Counted from the stretch's first letter, positions 1 to 12,990 are shown. The stretch: 64,000 nucleotides of DNA from Octopus bimaculoides (GCF_001194135.2 NC_068981.1:108281151-108345150), one strand, 5' to 3'. Translations and numbers: made by a program. Notes: generated by a model from the sequence alone, not told the origin.

Positions 1-499
1 TACATATATGTACATATATAACCTTACTTATACATATATAAACAAGTATACACAATCATATTGACACTCACACACGCTCACAAATATACATATTATCTTA
101 AAGTATACACGCATATACGCTTAACCATCACTACACCTATACATATACACACACACACATACACACATACATATATACAAATATGTATGACACTAATACA
201 AGGATAACGGTTAAAATTCAAATATGCATTTTTTTCTCCATAAACATACCACACATAGATATATCTACACACACTCATATCTACACATACTCATACGCCC
301 ATGCATGCACACACTCATAGTCACATACACAACGCACAACACATGTGCACACACACATGCATCTACAGACACGCACATACATATCAAACTATATACGCTC
401 ATACGGTTATATATAATAACATATATGTATGTATTATGCATCTCAACATGTATGTATGGAAAGGAATTCCACATGAAAAAAGAGAAAGAAGGGTGACTA

Positions 500-725
500 T
501 AGAGGTGTACTCCCGTGTGGAATCTGGATGTTACCCCACTCGGATTTACGGTTGAGAGAGGGTTTGTACTCCTGTATACAGACAACTTCAGTGACCTGTC
601 TCAACATTGCATCAGTGGGATGTTTGGACAAGATATTTAATTTAAGTCTCCCTAAGGAGCCCTTGTGGCAGTCTACAGCATGCTGATAGAAGATGGAGTT
701 TGGAGTTGGAGTTGGTAACGTCCTG
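500..725 (-). mobile_element. Penelope-like element fragment, GIY-YIG C-terminal end
   Basis: Translation ...QHAVDCH...RQVTEVVCIQEYKPSLNRKSEWG resembles the E..I....P.LN end of PLE endonucleases. Confidence 0.6.
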
Positions 726-957
726 TACCCTGATATGCATCTATATACACATGTAGATGAAAGTATATACATATATGTGTGTATACATGCATATATATTT
801 TTTGTATTATACATCATTGAACGCACACGTCCATTTTGCAAGTAAGACTGTACTTTATTATTCTGACGTGAGTCTATCTATCTATCTATCTATCTATCTG
901 TCTTCCTCTATCTTTCTATCTATCCCTCTATCTACCTATCTATCTTTCTTCTTACCC

Positions 958-1706
958 NNNNNNNNNNNNNNNNNNNNNNNNNNNNNNNNNNNNNNNNNNN
1001 NNNNNNNNNNNNNNNNNNNNNNNNNNNNNNNNNNNNNNNNNNNNNNNNNNNNNNNNNNNNNNNNNNNNNNNNNNNNNNNNNNNNNNNNNNNNNNNNNNNN
1101 NNNNNNNNNNNNNNNNNNNNNNNNNNNNNNNNNNNNNNNNNNNNNNNNNNNNNNNNNNNNNNNNNNNNNNNNNNNNNNNNNNNNNNNNNNNNNNNNNNNN
1201 NNNNNNNNNNNNNNNNNNNNNNNNNNNNNNNNNNNNNNNNNNNNNNNNNNNNNNNNNNNNNNNNNNNNNNNNNNNNNNNNNNNNNNNNNNNNNNNNNNNN
1301 NNNNNNNNNNNNNNNNNNNNNNNNNNNNNNNNNNNNNNNNNNNNNNNNNNNNNNNNNNNNNNNNNNNNNNNNNNNNNNNNNNNNNNNNNNNNNNNNNNNN
1401 NNNNNNNNNNNNNNNNNNNNNNNNNNNNNNNNNNNNNNNNNNNNNNNNNNNNNNNNNNNNNNNNNNNNNNNNNNNNNNNNNNNNNNNNNNNNNNNNNNNN
1501 NNNNNNNNNNNNNNNNNNNNNNNNNNNNNNNNNNNNNNNNNNNNNNNNNNNNNNNNNNNNNNNNNNNNNNNNNNNNNNNNNNNNNNNNNNNNNNNNNNNN
1601 NNNNNNNNNNNNNNNNNNNNNNNNNNNNNNNNNNNNNNNNNNNNNNNNNNNNNNNNNNNNNNNNNNNNNNNNNNNNNNNNNNNNNNNNNNNNNNNNNNNN
1701 NNNNNN
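958..1706. other. Assembly gap; others at 11170-11599, 42987-43317, 59201-59281, 60544-61272 and 61721-61820
   Basis: N-runs; ORFs crossing them are artefacts. Confidence 1.
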
Positions 1707-1995
1707 TATATGTAAGTGCATGTCTTTCTCTCTGTGTTTCTCCCTCATCACTGCTTCACATCTGCTGTTTATTTACATTCCCATAACATACTGGTTTCAC
1801 AAGAAGAAACTGATAGAATAAGTACCAGGCTTATCAAAATAAAAGAAAGCACTAGGCAGTGTCTCATATTTTTCTTTGCCCACTCAGTGGTATCTATCAA
1901 TCTATCTTTGTGTGTGTGTGTGTGTGTGTCTGTGTGTGTGTGTGTGTGTATATAATACACACACACATACGTGTATGTATATGTGGATATTCATA

Positions 1996-3694
1996 TCTAT
2001 TATATAAAAGTTAATGTCTTTATGTGTGTTCGTGTGTTACTTATACATTCAAAAACTACTGCACCGATCCTAATGAAATTTGGAACACAAAATCCAAGCC
2101 TAGGGAGAAGGGTAATGCTGTGTGTTTCATACAATTTCATGGGCCAAAATTACTGAATGGATCCTTATGATTTTTGGAACTTAGATTCAATGCATAAGGG
2201 CAGGTATAATGCAGTATGTTTGGTTTGAATTTGAGATGGCTTAAAGGAGGCAGAACCCTCATGGAAATTCATAAATTTTTGATGTTGATGAAATTTCAAC
2301 TATGGGTAATTAACACACATCAAGATGTATTCTCAAACTTTCCACTTCTCCCACTAGGGAGTCTCACAAAAGACTCCCTAGTGGGGGCCTTAACTCCCAA
2401 ATTTTAGTCATTTTTTATTAACCAAAACTAGGTCAAAAGTACTGAATGGATCTTTACGAAATTTGGTAATTATATTCTATGCATAAGGGCCATAACCCCC
2501 ATGAAAATTCATATATTTTTGCTGTTGATGAAATTTTAATCATAGATATTAGACACAAATGAAGTAATATTTCTAAAATTTCATCTTCTTAGAAGTTAGA
2601 AAGACCTCTTCATGTGGACTTAACACCCACAATTTAGTCATTTTTCCTAAGCGAAGACGAATACAGTTGTACTCTTGGAAGCTGTAGGGTCACCCGAGCA
2701 CAAAAGATGAGCGTTATTTGTAATTCAATGGTACAACAGTGTAAGAGTTTGCTTTGAGATATACTTACATTGTGATTTCTGCAATGTGGTGCATAAATTG
2801 TCAAATAAATGAGAGGCATTTTTGCCTCCACTGATTCAGTTGCAAAGTGTTGACTAAATTTATTTCCTTGCAGACCTCCTTTGAGTCTTTTTATCATCAC
2901 TGGGTAACACATAATCCCCAGGTGGTAACATTGATTTCAAGGCCTTCACAGATGAGTGACTGGTTATTCAAAGACATTTATAGATTGGAAATATATTCTG
3001 TCCAGTCACCTGTCAGTATAGTGGTCAGTTGCAAACTCCAGAGGTGACACTTTCATTTCCCCTTAGCCCTCACATCACACAGTTGTTAATGTTTATTTCA
3101 GTTGTGTCTCACCCTTCCAATTGCTACAGATCCTTAATGCATCTTAAAGCTGTGCCTGTCACCTGTATGGTGAGGAATTCTAGATTGGGGAGTAGCAATG
3201 ACTAGGGTAGGGTAGCTGACTGCTTATTGTGATCATTTGTCTTTTGGTTTCCTGTAGCTTTGCTCTCTTTTATAAACCCAGTGAACATACATATATATTT
3301 CCCACTTCAAAGAAATTCAAACAATAGATATAACACCCAAGTCAAAAAGATTCTCAACAATTCAACTTCTCTGGTTGACATTAAGACACCCACCCCCAAT
3401 AGGGGCCTTAATTCCCACATTTTAGAGCTCCATAACCTCCATTTTTCAGGAGCAAAATCCTTTTAACAAGTTCCATAAGACTGGAATTTTGGAATCTGCA
3501 TATAAAAATCAGTAGTATGGGATACATGTGTCATGAATAGAATTTTTTACAGTGTGTAAAGAGGGAAAGAACCTTCATCTGTAATTTTGATGAAAACCAA
3601 ATCATAGGTTTTCCAATTCATTATAGAAAATAGAACGGAAAAGTCTAATTCTTCCATTGCATGTAACATGGGCAACGCCAGGCATCTCTGCTAG
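1996..3694 (+). mobile_element. Non-autonomous Helitron
   Basis: 5' TC (a|TCTATTATATAAAAG), 3' CTAG at 3691-3694 followed by T, subterminal GGGCAACGCCAGGCA motif, A|T target and no TSD; internal imperfect ~270-bp duplication at 2150-2650. Confidence 0.75.
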
Positions 3695-3839
3695 TAAATA
3701 TATATTTTCCTCACCACGGTACACAGAAACAATCGTAAACTCACTCTTACTCTTACCTTTCTTAACTAATTAAACAATGGCTTCCTAGTACAAAAGACAC
3801 ACTTCTTATTGCTTTTTTCCTCCATTTTCTTTTCGTCTG

Positions 3840-3844
<5 letters not shown>

Positions 3845-3901
<57 letters not shown>
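3845..3901. repeat. (TA)n microsatellite
   Basis: Direct inspection. Confidence 0.95.
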
Positions 3902-3904
<3 letters not shown>

Positions 3905-4024
3905 ATGCTGGTATCATTTTGTACCCTTATTTATTAATTTGCCATTAGGCTTTAATTGCTAATGGGCCACCCATATTATGATATATTTAATAAGGCGAAT
4001 TACCCTTTAACCTTGAGTACAGTA

Positions 4025-4090
4025 AGATCCACAACTGACGAGAACTAGGATTAAATTAATCAGAGTTCGAAATCACATGATATGGGTATA
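4025..4090 (+). ncRNA. Degenerate type I hammerhead ribozyme motif
   Basis: CTGACGA (4035-4041), GAACT..AGTTC stem II with inner GATTA/TAATC, GAAA (4069-4072), stem III ATCA-CA-TGAT, then A4082; stem I pairs poorly. Confidence 0.5.
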
Positions 4091-4261
4091 ACTGTTACTT
4101 CATTTGTGAGTTCGTCTCACCACGGCAAGGTGCTCTCTTTCATCAACTCACTGGGTTAGTGCTTTTTTGTGGCTTTTATTTTGACTCTTATTTCTAGCAA
4201 TGCTATACTATTTTGTACTCTTGTTTATTAACTTGTCTTCAGATTTTACTTGATATAGCAT

Positions 4262-4625
4262 ATGAGTGGCTGTGTGGTATGTAGCTTGCTTACCAGCCAC
4301 ATGGTTCCGGATTCAGTCCTTTTATGTGGCACCTTGGGCAAGTGTCTTCTACTAAAGACTTGAGCCGACCAAAGCCTTGTGAGTGGATTTGGTAGATGGA
4401 AACTGAAAGAAGCCTGTCATGTGTATATGTGTGTGTGTGTATGTTTGTGTGGCAGTGTTTGTCACTCCAACATCGCTTGACAACCGATGATAGTGCGTTC
4501 ACCAAAAGAGACCGATAGAATAAGTACTAGGCTTACAAAGAATAAGTCCTGGGGTCGATTTGCTTTACTAAAGGCAGGGCTCTAGCATAGCCAGAGTCAA
4601 ATGACTGAAACAAGTAAAAGAATAA
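4262..4625 (+). mobile_element. tRNA-derived SINE, abundant octopus-type family
   Basis: A-box-like GTGGCTGTGTGGTA and B-box-like GGTTCCGGATTCAGTCC head; central GCCTTGTGAGTGGATTTGGTAGA; 3' GAATAAGTACTAGGC...TGACTGAAACAAG shared with many copies in the window. Confidence 0.8.
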
Positions 4626-4644
4626 AATAATACATAAATATATA

Positions 4645-4800
4645 TCATCATCATCATCATTTAGTGTCCGGCTTCCATGCTGGCATGGGTTACCTTGTTT
4701 GACTGGAATTGGTAAACCGGAAAGCTATACTCGGTTCCAGTCTGATTTATATATACACATATTTGGCATTGGTATAAAAGATTGTGGTCAGCGGTACCAT
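4645..4800 (-). mobile_element. RTE-LINE 3'-end fragment or RTE-tailed SINE
   Basis: (CAT)n followed by ...TCCATGCTGGCATGGGTT, the same terminus as the RTE copies at 16 kb and 40.3 kb. Confidence 0.65.
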
Positions 4801-4984
4801 TGGGAATACTACTGAAGACTGCCGTCTGGTACAATATTGAAACAAGACAACTCACACACATGCCCGAACGCATGCACGCACATGCATGAGTGTGTGTACT
4901 TGTATTCTTTTAATGATAGTACTGTGGCCATGCTGGAGCACCACCTTAATTTATTTTCTATTAGTTTTGTTGTTGCTTTTTGAC

Positions 4985-6230
4985 TGGAAGGTGGTCTATG
5001 ATTGAGTTTTCTAGCAGATGATTTCCCCTGAGTGCATCCTTGAATGGATATTTAAATGTTTCAGTAGAAGTCCCTTTTATATTTCTGATTAATTTAGATA
5101 GCTAGTTGAACAATTGGGGACCTCTAAATATCAGACAGGTACAATTGGGTATTTTTGCTCATGATTTCGAAGGTAGTATATTTGGAAGCTGACTGTGTAT
5201 AAGAGTTTGTGCATTAAAATTCTTTCCAATGCCGAAGTTTGGACCATCCGTCCGTGATAGTCCTGGGAATATGTCGGCATTTGAAATAGTACCTTTAATG
5301 ATTTCATGAGGTAATTTTTGCAATATGGCTGGGAGACCATCTGGTATAGATGCTGAGTTTGAATCTGAGTTATTAATACCTGCAAGTATATCATCTTCTA
5401 TGTTATCATTAATTTTTCGATGTGTTTCTGCAGTTGAGTTGTGGGGATTAAAAAATTCGTTTGGATTATGTATCATTTTGTTAACTATAAGTTGGGAAAA
5501 TGCATTGTTATATTCTTCACTTAAGAATGTGGTTATTTGTGCAGGATCATTAGCATATGATGCATTCTGATCCATTACAGAATCAATCTGGTTATGTGTT
5601 TAGTTCTGTTATGTATTAGTTTCTATCTATCTTGTGGAATTAATTTCTTGTGGGAGTAGGCGTTTATTTGGGACATGCTTTTGACAGATCTTGATTATCT
5701 CTTCATACAAAAACTTCATTCCCACGTTAATATTGAGGTTGCTAATACTCTGAAACCAATTTCTTTTGAAGATTTCGGCTTCAATATCTCTCCAGTTGGC
5801 CTTCCTGAAACTTAAGTTCATGATGAGTGAGTTATGTTTAAGGTTATTTGAGTATGTTGCCCTCTTTGTACCATATACAGATAATTCTATAATGCTTTGC
5901 TCGGAAATAGTGGTGAGAATGACCTGAACATTGTGAATGAAGACTAGGCCGAGTATGTTATTTTCCCTAATTGGACGGATAATGATTTGTTGTATGAGAA
6001 AGTCTTTAGTGCTATCGAGGAGAGCGTTTGTATCCTTTCCTATTCAGTTGCTTAGTTCCAGGTTGACATAACCCTCAGAGCAGCTAAGACTAGGAAAATT
6101 AAAGACCCGTGTTAAAAGTATATTAGCCTGTGTGATGGCCTCAGCTAGGGTTAGACTTATGAGCGACAAAGCATCTCTGAAGTGATCTCTATGGTTAACC
6201 ACGTCAGGAGGACGGTAGGTAATGCTTATA
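4985..6230 (-). mobile_element. Degenerate CR1/Jockey-group LINE ORF2 remnant, RT core apparently missing
   Basis: Endonuclease motifs TYRPP (~6210) and NILGLV, then FRKANW, pre-RT PDGLPAILQK, then 3'-terminal FRGPQLFN..IRN (~5110); stops and frameshifts. Confidence 0.7.
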
Positions 6231-7429
6231 TTTTTTTTCTTTCATATAGATTAGTTTGAAATTGTTGAATACATTTCTTGTTGGAACTTCGCAAATTAGG
6301 TAATTTCGGAGCTGGTCTGCAATCATTAAGAGTTAATTGTTTCCTTTCAAAGTTTTTTTTAAAACTATTTTACAAAGGTTCTTCTATAACGCACATTTCA
6401 GTCATTTAGACTAATATTTCGAAAGTTCAAAAGATTTTATAAAAGAATTATGTGCACGTGTGTGTGTCTGTGTATCTGAATTGAAAGCTAATTTGAATAA
6501 CACAGAAAATAATCTTTATAAATCAACAAAGCAACGAAAGATCCAGGTCAAATGGGAGAAATTCCAACTTATATGGGACAGATAATCAAAAAAAGTCCAG
6601 CAATGTAACAATGAGCACTAAATATCAAAGATAAAAATAAATAATTTTGTTCTGTTGGCAAAACTTCGGACCTAACAACTTAAATGAATGAAACACCCAT
6701 GTTTCCAGAGGTGACTTTAATCAAACCTCAAAGAATGGCTATGAAGTTGGAAAATGTGGGTCGGTTTGTTCATTTGGAATATTTATTGTTGGCTCTTGAG
6801 AGATAGTTATGTTCTTATTGCTACTGCATTATCTAATTTTATCGCACTGGTACTGCATATTGTATGCCATTATCCCAATAGTGGTGGTACTACTATAATG
6901 GATACAAACCATGTTACAGCATTTGGCGACAACAGGTTTGAAGCTCACATAGGTTGTAATTCACCTGCAAACCAAGCATTAAATTCTTTCCTACCTGATT
7001 GTCATCCTTATGAAATTCTCTTGCCCATGTATTTTCTTCTGCAGCCATCCATATATTAGTCAAGATTAACTACTTCAATCTTACAAGTTTTAACGACACA
7101 GCTCTTGCCTTTTGTCTCAGAAGGAATGCAAAAGCCAAGGATACAGACCCCTTTATCCAGCCAAATTGTTCATATAAAATTAAGCACCAGTTATGCACTG
7201 AGATTAATATAATTGACTTACTCATTCCCTCAAAAACCAGGCTCCTGCCAATATGCTTGAATTACACTATTCTACTTGTTTCAGTTGATTGGATAATAGC
7301 TAATAAGGGGAAAAAGCTAACAAAATAGTTGAAAAAAAAAAGGGCTTTCAAATAGTTGCTTCATTTCCTAGAAATAGCAGCCAAATCTTCCTCAAATCAA
7401 ACTCTACCATCATTTAGAAAATGTGTTAC

Positions 7430-7937
7430 TGAGTACACAGTACATAGAAAATTACCGAAAATTTTTTGAAAAGAATTGCACCAAATTTGGCAAAAATAAT
7501 CATTGGGTGAGTGGTTTGAAACGAGATTATCTTCAAACATACATTAATACAAACACAGATACGCACAGCGTAATTTATTATATAAACAATATATGCGTAT
7601 AGATTACCATTTTTCTGTAATTTTGTCTGCTTCAAAAGAAAACAAACCAAAAAAGCAGATGAAATATGTCATAATTACCAGAGAATAACAATTTTGACAC
7701 CGGCAAAAATTATTGTCGACAAAAACAGCAGTAACTGTATTCAGCTGAATAGACGTCAGTGATTGGTTGAAATTACCGAAATACGACAACTTTTAACATG
7801 AAATAACTTGCAAGATAGAAAGTTTTGTTACGAAGGCTAAGAGAAAAAGATGTTTTATATGACACATTCTACCAGTATCCCAAATTTGAAAGTGTTTCAT
7901 TAAGAAAACAAGTGGCGCCCATCAAATCAGAAAGATC
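7430..7937. mobile_element. Right-end fragment of a long-TIR DNA element family
   Basis: GATTGGTTGAAATTACC...CATTCTACCAGTAT...AGATCC matches the TIR of the 32037-33127 element. Confidence 0.6.
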
Positions 7938-10900
7938 CGAGATTTATTGATGTTTGTGTTTATAGCGTATTGCTATTTTGGTTTCTGTTTCTATTTTCTT
8001 GGGTTTGGAGCTGTAATATGAAGGATCAGCCATAGATCAGGGAGGTGTGGCAGAGAAGCAGAAGACTGAGTTAATGACGGACATGTTCCTTTATTTGCTG
8101 GTTGCTGTTCTGCCCCATGAAGCTGGAATGATGGTGTCGCGCTTGAACAAAGAATCCCATAAAGTAGATTTGCTAATGATGAGTGGATATCGCTGGCTGC
8201 TCTTGGCTCAACGCTTTCGCCATTCTATTCATGAGGCCTTGGTAAAACAAAATGTAGAATTTGTATATTTTAATAAATTATACGACTGGGTGAGGAGGCT
8301 TGATGTTCCAGTATCTACGTCGGTTTTACTTAAATGTAAAATGCCCCCAAATGACCGTGTACACAGATTTTATCCTCAGAAATCACCCTAAATATAGCAA
8401 CAACAACGATCATCATCACAGCAACAGCAACAACACCACTCAACTAATACGATAAACATGTGTGTTTGTTCCATATTTCTTAATAATACTGACACAGTCA
8501 CAACACACGATGACAACAAACGCCTAACAAGGTCTTGGATTTCTTGCAAAGACTTAAGACAACAGATTAATAATTGATGAAATTGAGATGTTTGGTCATT
8601 CATGGTTTTTGTTAAGAATCTAACCGATATAAATAGAGAAATCACTACAAACAATACAGATTAAGTGAGGTTTACAATTAATATTTCTAATAATTTGTAA
8701 CAAGGGAATGTTATAAAATATTCCGCTTATAAACTGTAATCAAAGACAAGCATTACGTAAGAATACCGAAGAGAAAACAAAAACATTTAAATTAATAAAA
8801 CAATGAGATAAAATCTGTTGATCTGTTGCTAATGAGCGCTGACGGCTCAATTATCGGCATCTCAGAGCAACCACAAAACTAAAACAAGTATCAAAAAAAT
8901 TATTAGAAAATATAAAATTGATAAAAGAAATCCTAACAACGCTAGTTAGATTTGGAATATATGATTGTTTTTACCTGTACAACACCAAACATTTCCTGAT
9001 AACAATAGACTCGTCCAGAACTCTTTCAAAGAAACGCAGCGTAATGAATCTTTTGACAGTTATTGTTGAGAGAAGTACCAGACAATATGCCTGTTACAAC
9101 ATCTGATTCCGAGGACAATATCGATACAAAAAGCAGCTCCAATATGTCTGCAGAAAATCCAGAGTCCAGTGAAGTTAACCAGTCGGCAGATTCTGATCAA
9201 ATTAAGCGATCTAGAAGACAGCGAAAGAATATTCGCCGCCGGGAACTTCTCAAAACTGTGAAAAAGAAACCTCCGGTCAAGCATGCACCTCAGATATACA
9301 AACCCGTCTTGAAGGAATTTACTCCAATAATTTATACCTGACTTTAATAATGGTCACTGAATATTGTTTTAACTGTAATGGTGTTTGTTCAAGTTGTCTT
9401 ACATAAAATTTTGTAATTTAACTGTATCTGGGTTTTGTGTCCTAAACCTTTCCACGCCAAATTTTGTTATCGTTCCGCATAAGATAGATTCTTTTTTAAT
9501 AGAAGTGCTGTAGTTTTAGATTTATAATTCCATTGCTATTCTATTTTCATTGCAAATCAATATAAAAAGGTGTTGCTTCGGCGGAGTTTTGCAACAGCTA
9601 GCACTGCTTCGTGGGAAACGAAAAGGGGAAAAGAATGGAATAGAGACTTTTTTATTTAATATTTGTGATTGCTATTCCAAAACTCCGTCATTTGATTTAG
9701 GTACAACTGATTTATCTATCAAGGTACCTAATTATTGGAAAGTACTTTTGCCATAAAAATGTCTTCAGCCTAGCCCTAAAGGTTTGTATTTGTATTTACT
9801 ATATTATAAAACTGGTCTTGAGTTCCATACTAAATTTTTTTCATTTTTGTCACAGGCCTTCAAAAGGCTTATAAGCTTCTGATTTTAATTTTTCAGTTTT
9901 TTTCTCTGTTTAATTATTTAGTCTGTACTTGGCCGACATAAATTCATCCGTTTGTATCCATGACATTTAAGTTCATCTGTAAAAACTTCAGCCACTTCAA
10001 TCTTTAAAACCGGTAAACTTAAACCAATTGTTATTCTGCCACTTCTTTCCTAAGACTGGGCAACCTTTTTAAATATGTAGCTTAAGTAGCATAGCGTATC
10101 GATTTCACCTTTTTTATGGAATTTTCTGAAAAGTAATTTTATTGGTTTGCACTCTTGCTGTGCTCATGAAAATATTGGGGATTTTTTTTTTTAAATTAGT
10201 TAATTGTTCCATGGCGACAGTTGTTTTAATCTGTATAACTTACACATAAGTGAAAGGTACGTTAAAAAGCCAGATAGCCAGTGATTTTGGAACAAGATCC
10301 TTCATTTGCTTCCTTCGCCACAAATAAGAGGCGAGCTAAAAACTTTGAGCACAAGTTTAATAAAACCCTGACTTGTTTAATAAATTTTTAAGTTTTCATC
10401 TGTTTAATCCACACCAGTATCGAAAGAACCTCGCATTTGTAATTTTCCATTAATTGCTATGACTTCGATGTAAGTCAAGTATAACATTTAACCTGATCCT
10501 CCGCGTTACTCGTCAGTATTGCCATCTTTGAAGTGGTTTTTGCTGTGACAGTTACCGTCTTTCGCTATTCCTAGCTGCGTCTTTGGATTCTTTCCATGAC
10601 CCACATTTAAAATTTAAGTCTTGTTCTATATTACTTTTCGCCATTCTGAGGTCTCTCAGCAGCTTTCAGTTTTTGAAATTTACTAAATACTATTTTGTCT
10701 CGAACCAATGAGGGAAACCTGTACGCAATTGCTCGACCTGCTAGAAATAACTGCTAACTCTCCTTTAGTGCACCTACGTTGGATACACTTAAAGCGAAAA
10801 AACATGGTATTTGATTCTTTCTTTCAGCCGCACGATTTTCGCTAAAAAAAACTCGGATTTTTTTGCGTGGAATCAAGTACCTTGACCTCCTAATATGCTG

Positions 10901-11001
10901 TAAATCCCTTATTTTGATTCGGAAAAAAAGGACTCCCCCCACCCCTGGAATCATTGGAAAATTTTTTTCGTTGAATTAATTCCTGTGACCTAATATGCTA
11001 C

Positions 11002-11635
11002 TGTAGGGAAGTGGTTATACACCGCTTCCGTACATTAAATTTCTAGAAGAAACAACGGAACGCAGATTCTGAACAACATAACAATATTTATTTACAGTGG
11101 AATTCAGTTCACGCTTGGAGGGAATTCGGTAGCTCGTCGCCCTCGGTTACTGAGACGCCTTCTGAATGANNNNNNNNNNNNNNNNNNNNNNNNNNNNNNN
11201 NNNNNNNNNNNNNNNNNNNNNNNNNNNNNNNNNNNNNNNNNNNNNNNNNNNNNNNNNNNNNNNNNNNNNNNNNNNNNNNNNNNNNNNNNNNNNNNNNNNN
11301 NNNNNNNNNNNNNNNNNNNNNNNNNNNNNNNNNNNNNNNNNNNNNNNNNNNNNNNNNNNNNNNNNNNNNNNNNNNNNNNNNNNNNNNNNNNNNNNNNNNN
11401 NNNNNNNNNNNNNNNNNNNNNNNNNNNNNNNNNNNNNNNNNNNNNNNNNNNNNNNNNNNNNNNNNNNNNNNNNNNNNNNNNNNNNNNNNNNNNNNNNNNN
11501 NNNNNNNNNNNNNNNNNNNNNNNNNNNNNNNNNNNNNNNNNNNNNNNNNNNNNNNNNNNNNNNNNNNNNNNNNNNNNNNNNNNNNNNNNNNNNNNNNNNT
11601 ATCATTATACGGATCTTTTCCCTTTGGCCGGCACA
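11002..11635 (-). mobile_element. Possible LTR or solo LTR spanning an assembly gap
   Basis: TG...CA ends, CpG-rich, AATAAA on the minus strand; no TSD found and the centre is N-gap 11170-11599. Confidence 0.3.
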
Positions 11636-11639
11636 TTTA

Positions 11640-11930
11640 AAAAATAATTTTTTGTAACTAAACACTTTCAAAATTCGTATACTGGTAGAATGTGTCACAT
11701 AAAACATCATTTACTCTTAGCGTTTTTGAGAAAATTGTGTATTTTCGAAGTTATTTCGTGTTAAAGTTGTATTTCGGTAATTTCAACCAATCAATGACGT
11801 TTGTTGAGGTGAAAACAATTACTGCTGTTGTTTGTCAACAATAACTTCCGGCGGTGTATATTTCGTTTGTCATTGTTATTTATGACATATTTCATATCAG
11901 TTACGTTTGTATGAATAAACGAGTGTATCT
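11640..11930. mobile_element. Left-end fragment of the same long-TIR family
   Basis: TATACTGGTAGAATG...GTAATTTCAACCAATCAATGACG matches the 32 kb TIR. Confidence 0.6.
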
Positions 11931-12137
11931 GAAACATGTTTACTTCATGGCACCGCCACAATTGTTCGTTCATTTCTGCTGCTTATAGTTTTTTTCCCCT
12001 GTTTTTCAGCTACTATTTTAGGAAAGACATTTTTGCCCCCCTCCTCCTCCAATTTCTTCATTTTTCACATTTTTCCGTAATTCTAACCCTAACCCTAAAA
12101 CCTTAACCCTAACTGTTCAAATGGAAAAGATCCCATT

Positions 12138-12220
12138 ATACATCATCACCGTCGTTTAACGTCTGCTTTCCATGCTGGCATGGGTTGGACGGTTTGACTG
12201 AGGACTGGCAAGCCAGGTAA
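12138..12220 (-). mobile_element. RTE 3'-end fragment
   Basis: CATCATCACCGTCGTTTAACGTCTGCTTTCCATGCTGGCATGGGTTGGACGG. Confidence 0.7.
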
Positions 12221-12814
12221 ATCTGTTCGGGATTATTATATATATTATATCCGGGGTCCGGTTTCCCCACCTTTCTTTCCGAACAAAAATAAGGAGATTG
12301 CAGCATATTAGGTCAGGGTACTTGATTCCACGTAAAAAATCCGAGTTTTCTTTTTTTCTTTCTTCTTCTTCTTAGTGAAAATGGTGCGGGTGAAAGGATC
12401 AAATAATACCATTTTGTTTGTATATTCGGAATCTCCGTCATCAAAAACCTAGGAATCCGATGAAAAAAAAAAAAAAAAAATTCCGAAAGCTCGGTTTTTG
12501 TGGATGGATGACTGTCGTCCAGCTCCACCCTTCTGTCTTATTTTATTTGTTTTTTTTTTTTTGTTAAAGCAGTAAGTTGAGGTAGATTTGAAATATTTTG
12601 GTGATATGCAGAAGTAGACTATGAAATCCTTAAAATTCTAATATTTGCGAGACGATTGCAAAAGATTTAACAGTTTGGAAATTAAAATACCAGGAATACA
12701 AAGCGGCATATGGAATTCTATTGGTTTTAAGGGAATCCTCGATAAATCATAGATGTGGCTTGTACACAATTGTGTGTCCAGATGCATTTACCATTTCTCT
12801 AAAATAATGATTGT

Positions 12815-12990
12815 TTCAAATTTTGACACTGGGCGAGCAGTTTTTGGAGGGAGGGAGAAGTCGATGTAATCGATCCTAGTACTTGGCTGGTACTTGTTTT
12901 ATCGACCTCGAAAGTCAACTTTGATAGCATTTGAAATCGGAACGAAAAGCTGGAAGAAATGCCGGTAAGCATTCTGCCAGCTCCGTCACC
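12815..12990 (+). mobile_element. Short interspersed repeat, second family
   Basis: AGTCGAT..ATCGATCC.AGTAC...GGTACTTG.TTTATCGACC; related copies at 14.1 kb and 22.5 kb. Confidence 0.65.

Noticed and set aside
93-585. His/Thr/Tyr- and Cys/Val-rich ORFs (also at 48365-48706)
   Set aside because: Translations of degenerate CA/TA/TG microsatellites
757-1821. Long ORFs crossing N-runs (also at 11.1-11.7, 42.9-43.4, 59.1-59.6 and 60.3-61.9 kb)
   Set aside because: Artefacts: N codons contain no stops
4262-4330. tRNA-like A/B boxes
   Set aside because: SINE head; no complete cloverleaf, and it continues into the SINE body
4811-4845. CTGAAGA...GAAAC possible hammerhead (similar partial cores at ~10510 minus, ~28415 minus, ~33175 minus and 36891)
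   Set aside because: No pairing stem II or no correctly placed GAAA
6750-7110. Possible restriction-like-endonuclease LINE remnant (KIHGQ...CLVCR on the minus strand)
   Set aside because: Motifs too degraded to support without a profile search
8047-8391. 114-aa ORF with weak RTE-RT-like words (LNKESHKV)
   Set aside because: Only a short, ambiguous similarity; no splice or domain support
7700-11930. Two inverted TIR-family pieces as the ends of one 4-kb element
   Set aside because: They face outward (a right end followed by a left end), so they cannot bracket the intervening DNA
12024-12052. TAACCC repeats as a telomere
   Set aside because: Only about 4 imperfect units, internal and TE-associated
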